NCBI GenBank assembly: GCA_964517075.1
Contig: CAZFAT010000062.1
Location: 1 to 48,643 of the forward strand
Direction: 5' to 3'
From: an uncultured Solibacteraceae bacterium
Lineage (GTDB): Bacteria; Acidobacteriota; Vicinamibacteria; Vicinamibacterales; SCN-69-37
Length of the DNA: 48,643 bases
Each line of letters opens with the position of its first letter. Position 1 is the first letter of the stretch. Shown here piece by piece: positions 20,113 to 32,230 of this stretch. The notes beneath the pieces were generated by a model. That model made no database searches. It saw only the letters and a program-made list of their open reading frames with translations, and was not told the DNA's origin. The position numbers and the translations under genes were made by a program.

Positions 20113-20793
20113 TTACTTCTTCTCCAGAATGACGTGGTGATACAGCAGGCCGGCGACGACGCCGCCGGCGATCGGAGCGATCCAGTAGAAGAGGTGCCAG
20201 TCCCAAAACTGATGGACCAGGGCCGGGCCGAATGACCGGGCCGGGTTCATGGACGCACCCGTCACCGCGCCGGCCGCCAGAATGTCGAAGGCCACCGTCA
20301 GCCCGACGCCGAAACCGCCAATCTTCAGGGCCGCCCCCCGCGGGTCCACACACGTGCCGAAGATGGCGATGACGAGCAGGAACGTGAGGACGAACTCGAC
20401 CGTCACCAGGACGCCGGGGGTCACCCAGGGCGCGGGCAGCGGGATCCCGAGACTGGCTTCGGTCACGGCGGCTTCAGGGAAGACCGAACAGCAGATCGCC
20501 GCGGCCAGCGTGGCGCCGATGAGCTGGCAGACGACATAGGTGCCGGCCCAGGACGGCGTGATCCGCCCGGTCGCCAGCATCGCGGCCGTGACGGCTGGGT
20601 TGAAGTGCGCGCCGGACACGCCGCCGAACGCGTTGACGGCCACCGAGAGCGCCAGGCCATGGGCGAGCGCGACCGCGACCAGACCGCCGCCGCCGCCCAC
20701 CACGCTCGTGCCGCTGAGAATCGCGGCAATGCCCGCGAAGCACAGGAAAAAGGTGCCCAGCGCTTCCGCCAGCGGTGCACTCCATTTCGTCAT
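20113..20793 (-). CDS. aqpZ: MIP-family aquaporin
   Basis: Two NPA boxes (HFNPAVT and MNPARS) and six hydrophobic segments. The ATG at 20793 is preceded by GGGGGAGAG. Confidence 0.9.
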   Translation of the reverse strand: MTKWSAPLAEALGTFFLCFAGIAAILSGTSVVGGGGGLVAVALAHGLALSVAVNAFGGVSGAHFNPAVTAAMLATGRITPSWAGTYVVCQLIGATLAAAICCSVFPEAAVTEASLGIPLPAPWVTPGVLVTVEFVLTFLLVIAIFGTCVDPRGAALKIGGFGVGLTVAFDILAAGAVTGASMNPARSFGPALVHQFWDWHLFYWIAPIAGGVVAGLLYHHVILEKK

Positions 20794-20885
20794 CGGCAGC
20801 TCTCCCCCGCCCCGTGGCGGCCGTACTGTGTACCACACCCTCCGCGGACCCGCATGATAAGGTTGTTCGCACCGAGGATGTCACG

Positions 20886-23735
20886 ATGAGATTGCGCGGC
20901 CTCCCAGGCCTGTTGATCCTGGCGATGGTGCTGCTGTTCGTGGTGCCGTCCGCCGTCGCGTTCTACACCGACTGGCTCTGGTTCCAGGAACTGGGCTACC
21001 AGCGGATCTTCCTGCGATCGCTGAACGCCCAGGGCGCCGCGTTCGTGGTGACGTTCCTGGCGGTGTTCCTCTTCCTCCACACCAACCTGCGGTTCGCGCG
21101 GCGGCGCACGTTCGATCGCCCGCGCGTGGTGCTCGGTACGGGCGCCGACGGGCGGACCATCTCGGTGGAAGGCCGGCGGCTGGCCGGCCTGGCGCTGCCG
21201 CTCTCGCTCGCCGTGGCCTTCGGCGTGGGCATGATGGGCGCGGCCATGTGGATGTCGTGGCTGACGTTCTTCAACGCCGTGCCGTTCGGCGACACGGACC
21301 CGCTGTTCGGCCGCGAAATCGGCTTCTACGTCTACCGACTGCCCGTCTACCAGGCGGTCCGCCACCAGGCGCTGCTCGTCTCCGTGGTCGCGCTCATCGG
21401 CTGCGCCCTGTACTACGTGCTCTCGGGCAGCTTCGTGGTCGAGGCACGGCCGGGCGTGCCATGGCCGCGCGTCCGGCTGATCCAGGCGGCGCGCCGGCAC
21501 CTCTCCCTGCTCGTGGCCGTGATTCTGGGCCTGCTGGCCTGGGGCGCCTGGCTGGAAGTGCCGAACACGCTGCTGACGCCGACGCCGGCCAGCGTCGCCT
21601 TTGGCGCCTCGTACGCCGACGTCTACGCCCGCATCCCGTTCCTGTGGCTGACGATGGCGACGCTGGTGCTGAGCGCGGTGCTGGCGGCATGGCACGGGTT
21701 CGGCCGGCGGAGCTGGATGCTGCCGCTGGCCGTGGCGTTGTACTTCGCGGTGTCGCTGGGCGGCGGGCTGTACGCCAGCTTCGTCCAGCGCTTCGTCGTC
21801 ACGCCCGACGAGCAGAACAAAGAGCAGCCGTACATCGTGCACAACATCGCGGCGACGCGGAAGGCCTACGGGCTGGACCGGGTCGTCGAGCGTGAGCTGT
21901 CAGGCGATGCCGAGCTGACCGCGACCGACATCATCGACAACGCCGGCACGATCGAGAACGTCCGCCTCTGGGATCACGACGTCCTGCTCCAGACGTTCGG
22001 CCAGCTCCAGGAGATACGCACCTACTACGACTTCCTGGCGGTCGACAACGACCGGTACCGGATTGGCGGGAAGTCCCGCCAGGTCATGCTCTCGGCGCGC
22101 GAGCTGAACACGAGCAGCATGCAGAACCGATCCTGGGTGAACGAACGCCTCACGTTCACGCATGGCTACGGCATCACGCTCGGCCCGGTGAACCAGGTGA
22201 CGACCGAAGGGCTGCCGGTGTTGTTCATCCGTGACCTGCCGCCCGTCTCGACGGTCGACCTGCGCGTGGACCAGCCGAGCATCTACTACGGCGAGCTGCA
22301 GAACATGTATGCGCTCGTCAAGACCAACACGGCCGAGTTCCATTACCCCCGCGGCGACGACAACGTCACGACGACCTACGACGGCACCGGGGGGGTGCCC
22401 ATCGGATCGCTGTGGCGCCGGCTACTGTTCGCGATCCGGTTCGCCAGCACCGACATCCTCGTGTCGCCCATGCTCACCAGCGAGAGCCGGATCATGTTCC
22501 ATCGCCAGATCCGGGAGCGGGTCGAGCGTCTCGCGCCGTTCCTGATGCTGGATTTCGACCCGTACCTCGTCGTCAGCGAGGGGCGGCTGTTCTGGATGCA
22601 GGACGCCTACACGACGACGGCGAACTATCCCTACTCGACCCCGCGATCTTCCGCGACCCAGCCGTCGCTGAACTACATCCGGAACTCGGTGAAGATCGTC
22701 ATCGACGCCTACCACGGCGACGTGACGTTCTACCTCGCGGATCCGGCGGATCCCATCGTGCGCACGCTGGCGAACGTCTTTCCGTCACTGCTGCGGCCGC
22801 TGGCCGAGATGCCGGCGGACCTGCGCAGCCACATCCGGTATCCGGAACAGCTCTTCCGCACGCAGTCGGCGATTTACACGACCTACCACATGACCAATCC
22901 GCTGGTCTTCTACAACAAGGAGGATCAATGGGACGTACCCGCGCTCGACAGCGGCCAGTCGACGCCGAGCGCCGCGGCCGCCGCGGCGGCGGGTGGCGGA
23001 TCGGCGGCGATGTTGCCCTACTACACGATGATGCGGCTGCCGGGTGAAGAGGAGACCGAGTTCATCCAGATGCTGCCGTTCACGCCGCGCGCCAAAGCGA
23101 ACCTCGCCGCCTGGATGGTCGCCCGGAGCGACGCCGAGTACTACGGCCAGCTCGTCGTATTTCAGTTCCCCAAGAACCAGATCGTCTACGGCCCGCGCCA
23201 GATCGTCGGCCGGATCAATCAGGACCAGGTCATCTCGCCGCAGATCACGCTCTGGAGCCAGCAGGGATCGCGCGTCATCTGGGGGACGCTGCTCGTCATC
23301 CCGGTCAACGAGTCGCTGATTTACGTGCGCCCGCTGTACCTGCTCTCGCCCGAGGGGCGCATTCCGGAGCTCAAGCGCGTCGTCGTCGCCTACAAGGATC
23401 GGATCGTGATGCGCGAGACGCTGACCCTCGGCCTCGTGGACATCTTCGGCCCGAAGATCATGACGGCGCTCGAGCCCGATCGCCTGCAGGGGGCCGGAAC
23501 GACACTGCCGCTGACGCCGGCACCCGACGGCGTCTCGACGATGCCAGCGGCGCCGGCGGCGGCGACGGCCCCCGCCGTCGATTCCGGCGTGGAGACGCTC
23601 ATCGCGGAGCTCCTGGCTCACCGCGATCGCGAGACGGCCGCGCTCAAAGCCGGCGACTGGACCCGAGCCGCCGAGGAACGGAAAGCGCAGGACGCCGTGG
23701 CTGAGAAGCTGCGGGCCGCGATGCGGCGCAACTAG
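20886..23735 (+). CDS. UPF0182 family large membrane protein
   Basis: 949 aa. N-terminal multi-TM region beginning FYTDWLWFQELGY, then NIAATRKAYGL, SARELN, TFTHGYG and YYTMMRLPGE, as in the UPF0182 family. ATG at 20886 with GAGGA upstream. Confidence 0.8.
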   Translation: MRLRGLPGLLILAMVLLFVVPSAVAFYTDWLWFQELGYQRIFLRSLNAQGAAFVVTFLAVFLFLHTNLRFARRRTFDRPRVVLGTGADGRTISVEGRRLAGLALPLSLAVAFGVGMMGAAMWMSWLTFFNAVPFGDTDPLFGREIGFYVYRLPVYQAVRHQALLVSVVALIGCALYYVLSGSFVVEARPGVPWPRVRLIQAARRHLSLLVAVILGLLAWGAWLEVPNTLLTPTPASVAFGASYADVYARIPFLWLTMATLVLSAVLAAWHGFGRRSWMLPLAVALYFAVSLGGGLYASFVQRFVVTPDEQNKEQPYIVHNIAATRKAYGLDRVVERELSGDAELTATDIIDNAGTIENVRLWDHDVLLQTFGQLQEIRTYYDFLAVDNDRYRIGGKSRQVMLSARELNTSSMQNRSWVNERLTFTHGYGITLGPVNQVTTEGLPVLFIRDLPPVSTVDLRVDQPSIYYGELQNMYALVKTNTAEFHYPRGDDNVTTTYDGTGGVPIGSLWRRLLFAIRFASTDILVSPMLTSESRIMFHRQIRERVERLAPFLMLDFDPYLVVSEGRLFWMQDAYTTTANYPYSTPRSSATQPSLNYIRNSVKIVIDAYHGDVTFYLADPADPIVRTLANVFPSLLRPLAEMPADLRSHIRYPEQLFRTQSAIYTTYHMTNPLVFYNKEDQWDVPALDSGQSTPSAAAAAAAGGGSAAMLPYYTMMRLPGEEETEFIQMLPFTPRAKANLAAWMVARSDAEYYGQLVVFQFPKNQIVYGPRQIVGRINQDQVISPQITLWSQQGSRVIWGTLLVIPVNESLIYVRPLYLLSPEGRIPELKRVVVAYKDRIVMRETLTLGLVDIFGPKIMTALEPDRLQGAGTTLPLTPAPDGVSTMPAAPAAATAPAVDSGVETLIAELLAHRDRETAALKAGDWTRAAEERKAQDAVAEKLRAAMRRN

Positions 23736-23742
23736 CGCCTGT

Positions 23743-24045
23743 ATGACTCGCACGAGCGACGCCGTCAAGGAGCGCACGGACACCCGCCAGCAGGAGCCGA
23801 CGCTCTACAAGGTGGTGTTGCTCAACGACGACTACACCACCATGGAGTTCGTGCTGCAGGTGCTCGAGACGCTCTTCCAGAAGTCGCCGGCCGAGGCCTA
23901 CCAGATCATGATGCACGTGCACGTGAACGGCAGCGGCATCGCGGGGATCTACCCATGGGAAGTCGCTGAGACCAAGGCCGCCAGCGTGATTGCCATGGCC
24001 CGAGAGGCCGGGTTCCCGCTCAAGGCGGTCACGGAAGAAGCGTAG
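23743..24045 (+). CDS. clpS: ATP-dependent Clp protease adaptor ClpS
   Basis: 100 aa with YKVVLLNDDYTTMEFVLQVLETLF...A..IM..VH..G. Confidence 0.9.
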   Translation: MTRTSDAVKERTDTRQQEPTLYKVVLLNDDYTTMEFVLQVLETLFQKSPAEAYQIMMHVHVNGSGIAGIYPWEVAETKAASVIAMAREAGFPLKAVTEEA

Positions 24046-24097
24046 TTCTATAATCAATCTGTCCGGCCGTGACGGCCGGGCCAGACAGGATTGTCAG

Positions 24098-26533
<2,436 letters not shown>

Positions 26534-26539
26534 TTCCGC

Positions 26540-26610
26540 CAATCGTCAATCGACCAATCATCAATCGTCAATTCAAATCATCAATGAATCGATCGCCAAT
26601 CATCAATTCC
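26540..26610 (+). repeat. one-armed heptamer array E (CAATCNN units), homologous to the right arm of element B
   Basis: CAAT recurs at 26540, 26547, 26555, 26562, 26569, 26582, 26597 and 26604. It shares the exact 13-mer CAATCGTCAATCG with 14611-14623 and a near-identical tail (AAATCATCAATGAA vs AAATCGTCAATGAA). No complementary arm is present. It lies between the clpA stop and the grpE start. Confidence 0.75.
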
Positions 26611-26621
26611 GTTTGCCTTCC

Positions 26622-27206
26622 ATGTCTGATCTGAAAGTCACCGACCGCCGCTGGTGGGCGCGGAACGACGAGGGCCCCGTCGCCGCCGACGAGGAACCCA
26701 AGCTGAAGCCCACGTACATCGAGGAGCTCGAACAGCGGCTCGCGGCGAAAGACGCCGAGCTGCAGCAACTGCTCGCGAAATACCGCGGCGCGTCCGAGGA
26801 GTTCGACCAGGCGCGGGCGCGGCTCCGGAAGGAAGTCACCAAGGACGTGGAGCGCGGTCGCCGGGCGATGCTCGTGCCGTTCCTGGAGATTCTCGACAAT
26901 CTCGACCGCGCCCTGGTCGCGGCCTGCGACCGGCGCGAGGACCCTTTCGTGGACGGCATTTCACTCGTCCGGCAGCAGTTCCTGCAGGCGCTGTCGGCCC
27001 TGGGCGTGGTTCCGGTCAATCCGCTGGGCGCGATGTTCGACCCGGCGCAGCACGAGGCCGTGGCGACGACGCCAGGCAGCGCCGGTACGCCCGAAGGCCA
27101 GATCGTCGGCGTGGTCCGGCCCGGCTATCTGATTGGCGACGAGGTGCTGCGGCCGGCGATGGTGGCCGTCGCCGGCCCTGAGCCCGAGGGCACCCGGCCG
27201 ACCTGA
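26622..27206 (+). CDS. grpE: nucleotide exchange factor GrpE
   Basis: Coiled-coil N-terminus, then LVPFLEILDNLDRAL and the C-terminal FDP..HEAV...G.V..V.RPGY. I prefer the ATG at 26622 over the TTG at 26613. Confidence 0.85.
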   Translation: MSDLKVTDRRWWARNDEGPVAADEEPKLKPTYIEELEQRLAAKDAELQQLLAKYRGASEEFDQARARLRKEVTKDVERGRRAMLVPFLEILDNLDRALVAACDRREDPFVDGISLVRQQFLQALSALGVVPVNPLGAMFDPAQHEAVATTPGSAGTPEGQIVGVVRPGYLIGDEVLRPAMVAVAGPEPEGTRPT

Positions 27207-27224
27207 AGATCGGCCCGGCGCCGG

Positions 27225-27989
27225 TCAGCCCTGCGGATCCACCGACCCGGATCGCGTCGCGATCCGTGCGCGCGCCGGATGACCCGCTGGCGGCGTCCAC
27301 TTCGCGTAACGCAGGATGGTCCAGATCGCCTGGAAACCGTCCTTCACGCCAATCTTCTTTCCCTCGGCGTACGTCCGCCCGTTATAGGAAATGGGGACCT
27401 CGTAGATCCGCAGTCCGAGGCGGCTGACCTTGCACGTCAGCTCCGGCTCAATGCCGAACCGCTGGGACCGCAGGTCGATGATCGTCGCCACGTCACGCGT
27501 CATGGCCTTGTAGCAGCTCTCCATGTCGGTGAGGTTGAGGTCCGTGAAGGCGTTCGAGAACAGCGTGAGCAGCCGATTGCCGACCGAGTGCCAGAAGTAG
27601 AGGACGCGATGCCCGCGCGGGGTGCCGAGGAATCGCGATCCGAACACGACGTCGGCCCGCCCGTCGAGAATCGGCTGCAGCATGACGGGATACTCGGCCG
27701 GGTCGTACTCGAGATCGGCGTCCTGAATCAGCACGAGATCGCCGATGGCTTCCTTGATCCCGCGCGCCACGGCCGCCCCTTTGCCGAAGTTTCGCGGCTG
27801 CAGGAACACGCGAATGTCCGGACGCGCCTCGAACTCGCGAAGGATGTCCCGCGTGCCGTCCGTGGAGCCGTCGTCGACGATGACCAGTTCCTTCTCGATG
27901 CCCGCGAGCGGGACGGCGAACACCCGCGCGACAATCTCGCGAATGGTATGCCGCTCGTTGTAGGCGGGCATGATGACGGACAGCTTCAC
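27225..27989 (-). CDS. family 2 glycosyltransferase (polyprenyl-phosphate sugar synthase-like, DPM1/GtrB/ArnC type)
   Basis: [28 protein letters not shown] and [10 protein letters not shown] motifs. GTG start. Last gene of the minus-strand glycosylation array. Confidence 0.85.
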   Translation of the reverse strand: MKLSVIMPAYNERHTIREIVARVFAVPLAGIEKELVIVDDGSTDGTRDILREFEARPDIRVFLQPRNFGKGAAVARGIKEAIGDLVLIQDADLEYDPAEYPVMLQPILDGRADVVFGSRFLGTPRGHRVLYFWHSVGNRLLTLFSNAFTDLNLTDMESCYKAMTRDVATIIDLRSQRFGIEPELTCKVSRLGLRIYEVPISYNGRTYAEGKKIGVKDGFQAIWTILRYAKWTPPAGHPARARIATRSGSVDPQG

Positions 27990-28019
27990 GGCCGGTTATG
28001 GTACCCCAGGACGCTTGCG

Positions 28020-30308
28020 TTATCGCCCAATCACCCTCAGCCCCGCGACCGACCAGAGTTGTCCACCCTGCGACGTGGTCAACGTCAGTGTCACGCGATC
28101 GCCGACCACGCCGTCAGGCAGCGGGACGAGGACCGGCGCGCGCCGCAGATCCAGGAGGATGCCGCGCGCCGCGAAGCCGGCGGTGTCGCCCTCCCAGACG
28201 ATCGTCTTGCCACCCCCGGCGTCACCGACCGCCACCTGCAGGCGCTTCGGGTAATCGTAGGTGTACGGACCGAGGTCCAGCTCGAGGCGCGTCAGTGGTC
28301 CGGAGGCTTGAAGCACGAGATCGAGGCGCGCCCCCGCGGCCGGCGTGCCGGAGTGCCACCGCGTGTCGGGCCGGCCGTCGGTGATCAGCGGCAGGAGGTC
28401 GCGGCTGGCGTTCGCGCTGATCGCGGCGATCGGCACCGGGGTCCCCTCCAGCGGCGGCAGCGGCCGCTCCGGCAGCCTGTACATCGGACCGTCGTCGGTC
28501 GCGCCCATCCGCTCGGCGCCGGGCTGTTCGGCGATGAACGCTTCCGTGGTCCCGGAGGGATCCCGTCCGCGGTGCACGAACACGAGCACACCGCCGTACT
28601 GGCGCAGCACGTCGAGGGCCACGCGATCGTGGCTGGCGAGGGCGTTCCGCAGAGGAAAGTAGTGCGGCGGCGCGTAGCCGCTGAAGCCGTTCACGAGCGG
28701 CACGCGGTGGCCCACGGCACGCAGCATCGCCGCGGTTTCAGCAAAGACGTCCGCCATCGGCAGTTCGAGCACGGCGGTGGATCCGGCACGCGCGCTGGCG
28801 GACAGATCGAGCGGCGCCGGCACCGACGCGGTCGGCATCCGCGGCACCCAGCCTTCGAGGGTAATCACCACCGCGAGCACGGCGACAATCGGCGCGAGTC
28901 CGGCCCGGCCGTTCGAGAGCCGGGCGAAGGCAAGGGCGGCGAACTGCGACAGGCAGAGCACGAACAGCATGGCGAACCGGGCGGGGACGCGAAGCGCGCG
29001 GCCGCCGGGCAGGTCCATGACCCAGAGGTACGGCGCGCGCGGCCAGAAGACTTCGCCGAAGGCCCGCGCCACGGGACCCAGCGCGAGGATGAGCATGACG
29101 ATGGCGGCCGCCCCGTAGAAGAGGAAAACGGATCGTCGGCGCCAGCCCTGACGGGTGCGCGGATCGGCCAACCACGCCACCGCCAAGAGGCACACGACGA
29201 TGAACAACGGTTTTCCCGCCCGTGTCATCGACACGGGGACGCCGAAGGGCGACGCGTGCCAGGGGCCGAGCCACATGGTCAGGAGCACGGCCTCGGCGAG
29301 GTACGCGCCGACAAGGGCCACCCCGATGCGCCAGCGTGACCAGCGTGTGCGGCCAGCGGCCCGCCAGGCCATGAATCCGCCGGCCAGCGATAACGCCATG
29401 ATCACCAGGCCCGGATACAGCTCACCCTCTTGCCTGGGCGTCAGGGTCCAGAACGCGGGCAGCCAGGCGGTGCGCGACACCCACAGGCCGCTCAGGTCCG
29501 CGGCAAACTGGCTGATTTCACCGGGATCGCGCGCGAGACCGAGCGCGCCCTGACGCTGGATGTAGCCGATCAGGACCGGCGCCATGGCGAGCGACGCCAC
29601 GGCCAGGACGCCGCTGATGGCGATCCAGAGCCGCCACGACCGGGCGAACCACAGCATCCACAACCCGACGAGCACGCCGAAGTACATCAGGAAATAGCCG
29701 CTCGTCAGGCCGTTGAGCAGCCAGCACACGCCCGCCAGCGCGAGGAATCGCGCGCGCGGCGACTCCAGGTAGCGGTGCAGGCCGAGCAGGCAGAGCGGCA
29801 TCCAGCAGGACCACAGCACCTGCAGGTGGGGCAACTGCGCCGCGCGATACGGGTTGAAGCCGAACGCGAGCCCGGCCAGCAGCGCCGCGTCATGGCGTCC
29901 GGTGAGCCGGTGCGCCAACGCATGCGCGGCCAGAGCGGCGGCCGGAAACGACGCGAGAAATGCCACGTTGTAAGCCACGACGTGGCTCGCGCCCGCCCAC
30001 TGGAGCGGCGTGGTGAGCGGCGTCAACGCCAGGAGCGTTTCCGACAGAGCAAACGCCCCGGGCGTGGGAAAGAAAATCGGCGCGTTCCACCAGGCCGGCG
30101 TGAGCGGAACCGCGTGGGCGTTCCACCAGAAGATCCACGCGTTCAGAGCGGGATCGCCCGCGTCGAACGGGAGCCGCGTGCCCAGGGCGCCGAGGAGCGG
30201 CCAGCCGTAGACCAGCGCGAGAACGACGTACAGGGCCGAGACCCGCGTCCAGGGCGATCGAATCCACTGACGAGAGCGAGCCCGCGTCTGGTCCGCTCCG
30301 GCGTCCAT
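28020..30308 (-). CDS. polytopic membrane protein (GT-C-like) with C-terminal discoidin/F5-8 type C-like domain
   Basis: The ATG at 30308 (ATGA overlap with the upstream gene) gives MDAGADQTRARSRQW..., with an LPFDAGDPALNAWIFWW first-loop acidic motif and many TM segments. The C-terminal 150 aa (ISANASRDLLPLITDGRPDTRWHSG...) look like a galactose-binding/discoidin fold. The upstream 375 aa of the 1137-aa track ORF overlap the next gene out of frame and are rejected. Confidence 0.7.
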   Translation of the reverse strand: MDAGADQTRARSRQWIRSPWTRVSALYVVLALVYGWPLLGALGTRLPFDAGDPALNAWIFWWNAHAVPLTPAWWNAPIFFPTPGAFALSETLLALTPLTTPLQWAGASHVVAYNVAFLASFPAAALAAHALAHRLTGRHDAALLAGLAFGFNPYRAAQLPHLQVLWSCWMPLCLLGLHRYLESPRARFLALAGVCWLLNGLTSGYFLMYFGVLVGLWMLWFARSWRLWIAISGVLAVASLAMAPVLIGYIQRQGALGLARDPGEISQFAADLSGLWVSRTAWLPAFWTLTPRQEGELYPGLVIMALSLAGGFMAWRAAGRTRWSRWRIGVALVGAYLAEAVLLTMWLGPWHASPFGVPVSMTRAGKPLFIVVCLLAVAWLADPRTRQGWRRRSVFLFYGAAAIVMLILALGPVARAFGEVFWPRAPYLWVMDLPGGRALRVPARFAMLFVLCLSQFAALAFARLSNGRAGLAPIVAVLAVVITLEGWVPRMPTASVPAPLDLSASARAGSTAVLELPMADVFAETAAMLRAVGHRVPLVNGFSGYAPPHYFPLRNALASHDRVALDVLRQYGGVLVFVHRGRDPSGTTEAFIAEQPGAERMGATDDGPMYRLPERPLPPLEGTPVPIAAISANASRDLLPLITDGRPDTRWHSGTPAAGARLDLVLQASGPLTRLELDLGPYTYDYPKRLQVAVGDAGGGKTIVWEGDTAGFAARGILLDLRRAPVLVPLPDGVVGDRVTLTLTTSQGGQLWSVAGLRVIGR

Positions 30309-32230
30309 CAGTTCGTCCCCGGCTGGAAGACGAGCGTCGGCGCTGGCTCGGGCGGCACGGCGCGCAGACCATCGTCGACGCCCGTGACGATGACCGCCGG
30401 GTTCGGAGGTGGATCGCGCAGGTCGTACAGGAACAGATGGCCGGGCTCGTCGTAGACCGCGAGCGGCGGTCCTTCCAGCTTCGAGACGGTTCCAGAACCG
30501 TCGAACCGGCGCACGACCTCGGGAAGCTCCCACGGCTCGACGAGGAGGTAAGGGTGCGCGCCGTGGCTGTCGAGCCACGCCACGGCCCGGTCGAGCCACC
30601 CGGGGTCCAGTTGGTCGTACCGCAGGGTCATCCGGCTGCCGTAGTAGCGGACCGTCCCGCTGTGCTGCATGGAGATGATGACGCTGTTGGGCGGCGTCAG
30701 GCGCTCGACCATCCGGGCGGCCGTGATGTAGCGCCGTTCCCCGCGCCATTGATCGAACACCGGCACATCCGCGACGACACCGGCCTGAAAGAGTAGCTGC
30801 AGCACGACACCGGCCACCACGGCGGCGCGCGCGAAGCGGCCGCCCGGCTGCCAGATGCCCATCGCGACGATGCCGGCACCGACCATCATGAACGGCCAGG
30901 CCGTCAGGAGGAATCGGAGATACCACCAGGCGTCGAAGACGAGATACGCGACGTATTGCGCCCAGGTCGAGAAGACGAACAGGGCCGCGATGACCACGCG
31001 GCGCCGTTCGCGAAGGTCCGGCCAGAGCCAGGAGAACGGCAGGGCCAGCGCGATGAGGCCGGCCACCGCCACCGGCGAGTGCGTCTGCACCAGCCAGATG
31101 AGATAGCGCCGGACGTTGGGACGGATGTGTTCCCACGCGAAGAGGTCGCTCAACCGACCGTAGCCTGACAGGAAGGGCGATCCGTACAAGTCGTTGTTGA
31201 TCGCGCCGACCGCGATGACACCTGGCAGCACGCCGAGGAAGAACAGCACGGCGAGCCGGAACGCACGGCCGCGCGACTCGCGCCTGAAGAGATCGGGCAG
31301 GTAGTAACACCCCGCAAAAGCGGCGAGTGGCACGAGGTTGGGCCGGATCATCACCGCGACGCCGCTCAGCACACCGGCGGCGAGGGCGCTTCTCGCGCCC
31401 GGGCCCGTCAGAAGGTAGAAAGCCGCCGCCCACATGGCCGCCACGGGCACGTCGGTCATGGGCGGCATCAGCATGAACAGCACGGCCGGACTCGTGGCGA
31501 CGAGCGCCGCGCCGATCAGTCCAGCGCCGGGTGAGCCCAGCCGGCAGCCGATGCCGTAGGTGGCCAGCACGAGCAGGGCGCCGAGGAGCGGCACGACGTA
31601 GAACAGCGCGTCGTGGCCGCCGATGGCCTTGAAGACCGCGAAGATCAGCGGCAATCCCGGTGAGTAGATCGGCACGATCGACGGGATGTCGTCACGAAAC
31701 GTCGCCTTGTAGCCGAGCGGCATGAACGTGTCGCGGCCGCGCGGCCACGGCACCTCGCCGGCAAACGGCTGCGCGATCGCCAGCCGGCCCTCGAGCCACA
31801 GGTCGGCCTGGCTCACGTAGCCGTAGGCGTCCGCGCCGCCCGCGCTCTTCGTCGCGAAAATGGCGCCCAGCAGGAAGACGCCGGCTGCCATGGCGATGGT
31901 GGCGGTCCGCGGCGACGGCAGCCATCGGGCCACGCCGCGGTCCCATGCGCGAAGGAGCCGTTCGAACGAGTGGAGGAAATTGCGCCAGGCCGGGAGAGGT
32001 CGCCCGCCGAGGGCGACAAACGCGATGGCGCCGGCCGCGACGACCCACAGGGCGCGCAGCGGCCGATGTGCGCGGATCTCGACGCCGGAGATTCGCACCT
32101 CGAAACCGCCGGTCACGTAGAGCAGCGGCACTGCGGCGAGGCCGATCAGGACCAGCGTGAACGCCGCGTGCCGCAGCACGCGGCGCGTGCGGCCTTCAGG
32201 CCGGCTGGCCGGCAGGTCCAAGGGCGTCAT
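30308..32230 (-). CDS. GT-C fold glycosyltransferase (ArnT/PMT-like), paralog 2
   Basis: The ATG at 32230 (ATGA overlap with the upstream paralog) gives MTPLDLPASRPEGRTRRVLRHAAFTLVLIG. It shares GADAYGYVSQADLWLEG, YSPGLPL, IRPN, LYGSPFLSGYGR, YLRFLLTAWPF and SGTVRYYGSRMTLRYD blocks with the adjacent gene. At least 10 TM segments. Confidence 0.75.
   Translation of the reverse strand: MTPLDLPASRPEGRTRRVLRHAAFTLVLIGLAAVPLLYVTGGFEVRISGVEIRAHRPLRALWVVAAGAIAFVALGGRPLPAWRNFLHSFERLLRAWDRGVARWLPSPRTATIAMAAGVFLLGAIFATKSAGGADAYGYVSQADLWLEGRLAIAQPFAGEVPWPRGRDTFMPLGYKATFRDDIPSIVPIYSPGLPLIFAVFKAIGGHDALFYVVPLLGALLVLATYGIGCRLGSPGAGLIGAALVATSPAVLFMLMPPMTDVPVAAMWAAAFYLLTGPGARSALAAGVLSGVAVMIRPNLVPLAAFAGCYYLPDLFRRESRGRAFRLAVLFFLGVLPGVIAVGAINNDLYGSPFLSGYGRLSDLFAWEHIRPNVRRYLIWLVQTHSPVAVAGLIALALPFSWLWPDLRERRRVVIAALFVFSTWAQYVAYLVFDAWWYLRFLLTAWPFMMVGAGIVAMGIWQPGGRFARAAVVAGVVLQLLFQAGVVADVPVFDQWRGERRYITAARMVERLTPPNSVIISMQHSGTVRYYGSRMTLRYDQLDPGWLDRAVAWLDSHGAHPYLLVEPWELPEVVRRFDGSGTVSKLEGPPLAVYDEPGHLFLYDLRDPPPNPAVIVTGVDDGLRAVPPEPAPTLVFQPGTN

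Noticed and set aside
27279-29339. 686-aa plus-strand ORF, and similar plus-strand ORFs at 29430-30455, 32371-34077, 34174-36102, 38966-39973 and 45791-47005
   Set aside because: All are antisense to minus-strand genes with family-level motifs or clear membrane topology. They are rich in R/H/P/G/E/D and lack hydrophobic cores.
30309-31433. The 1137-aa ORF 28020-31433 read as one giant protein
   Set aside because: The upstream 375 codons overlap GT-C paralog 2 in another frame and read as Arg/Pro/Ala junk. The ATG at 30308 forms an ATGA coupling with the upstream stop and is followed directly by a TM-rich protein.
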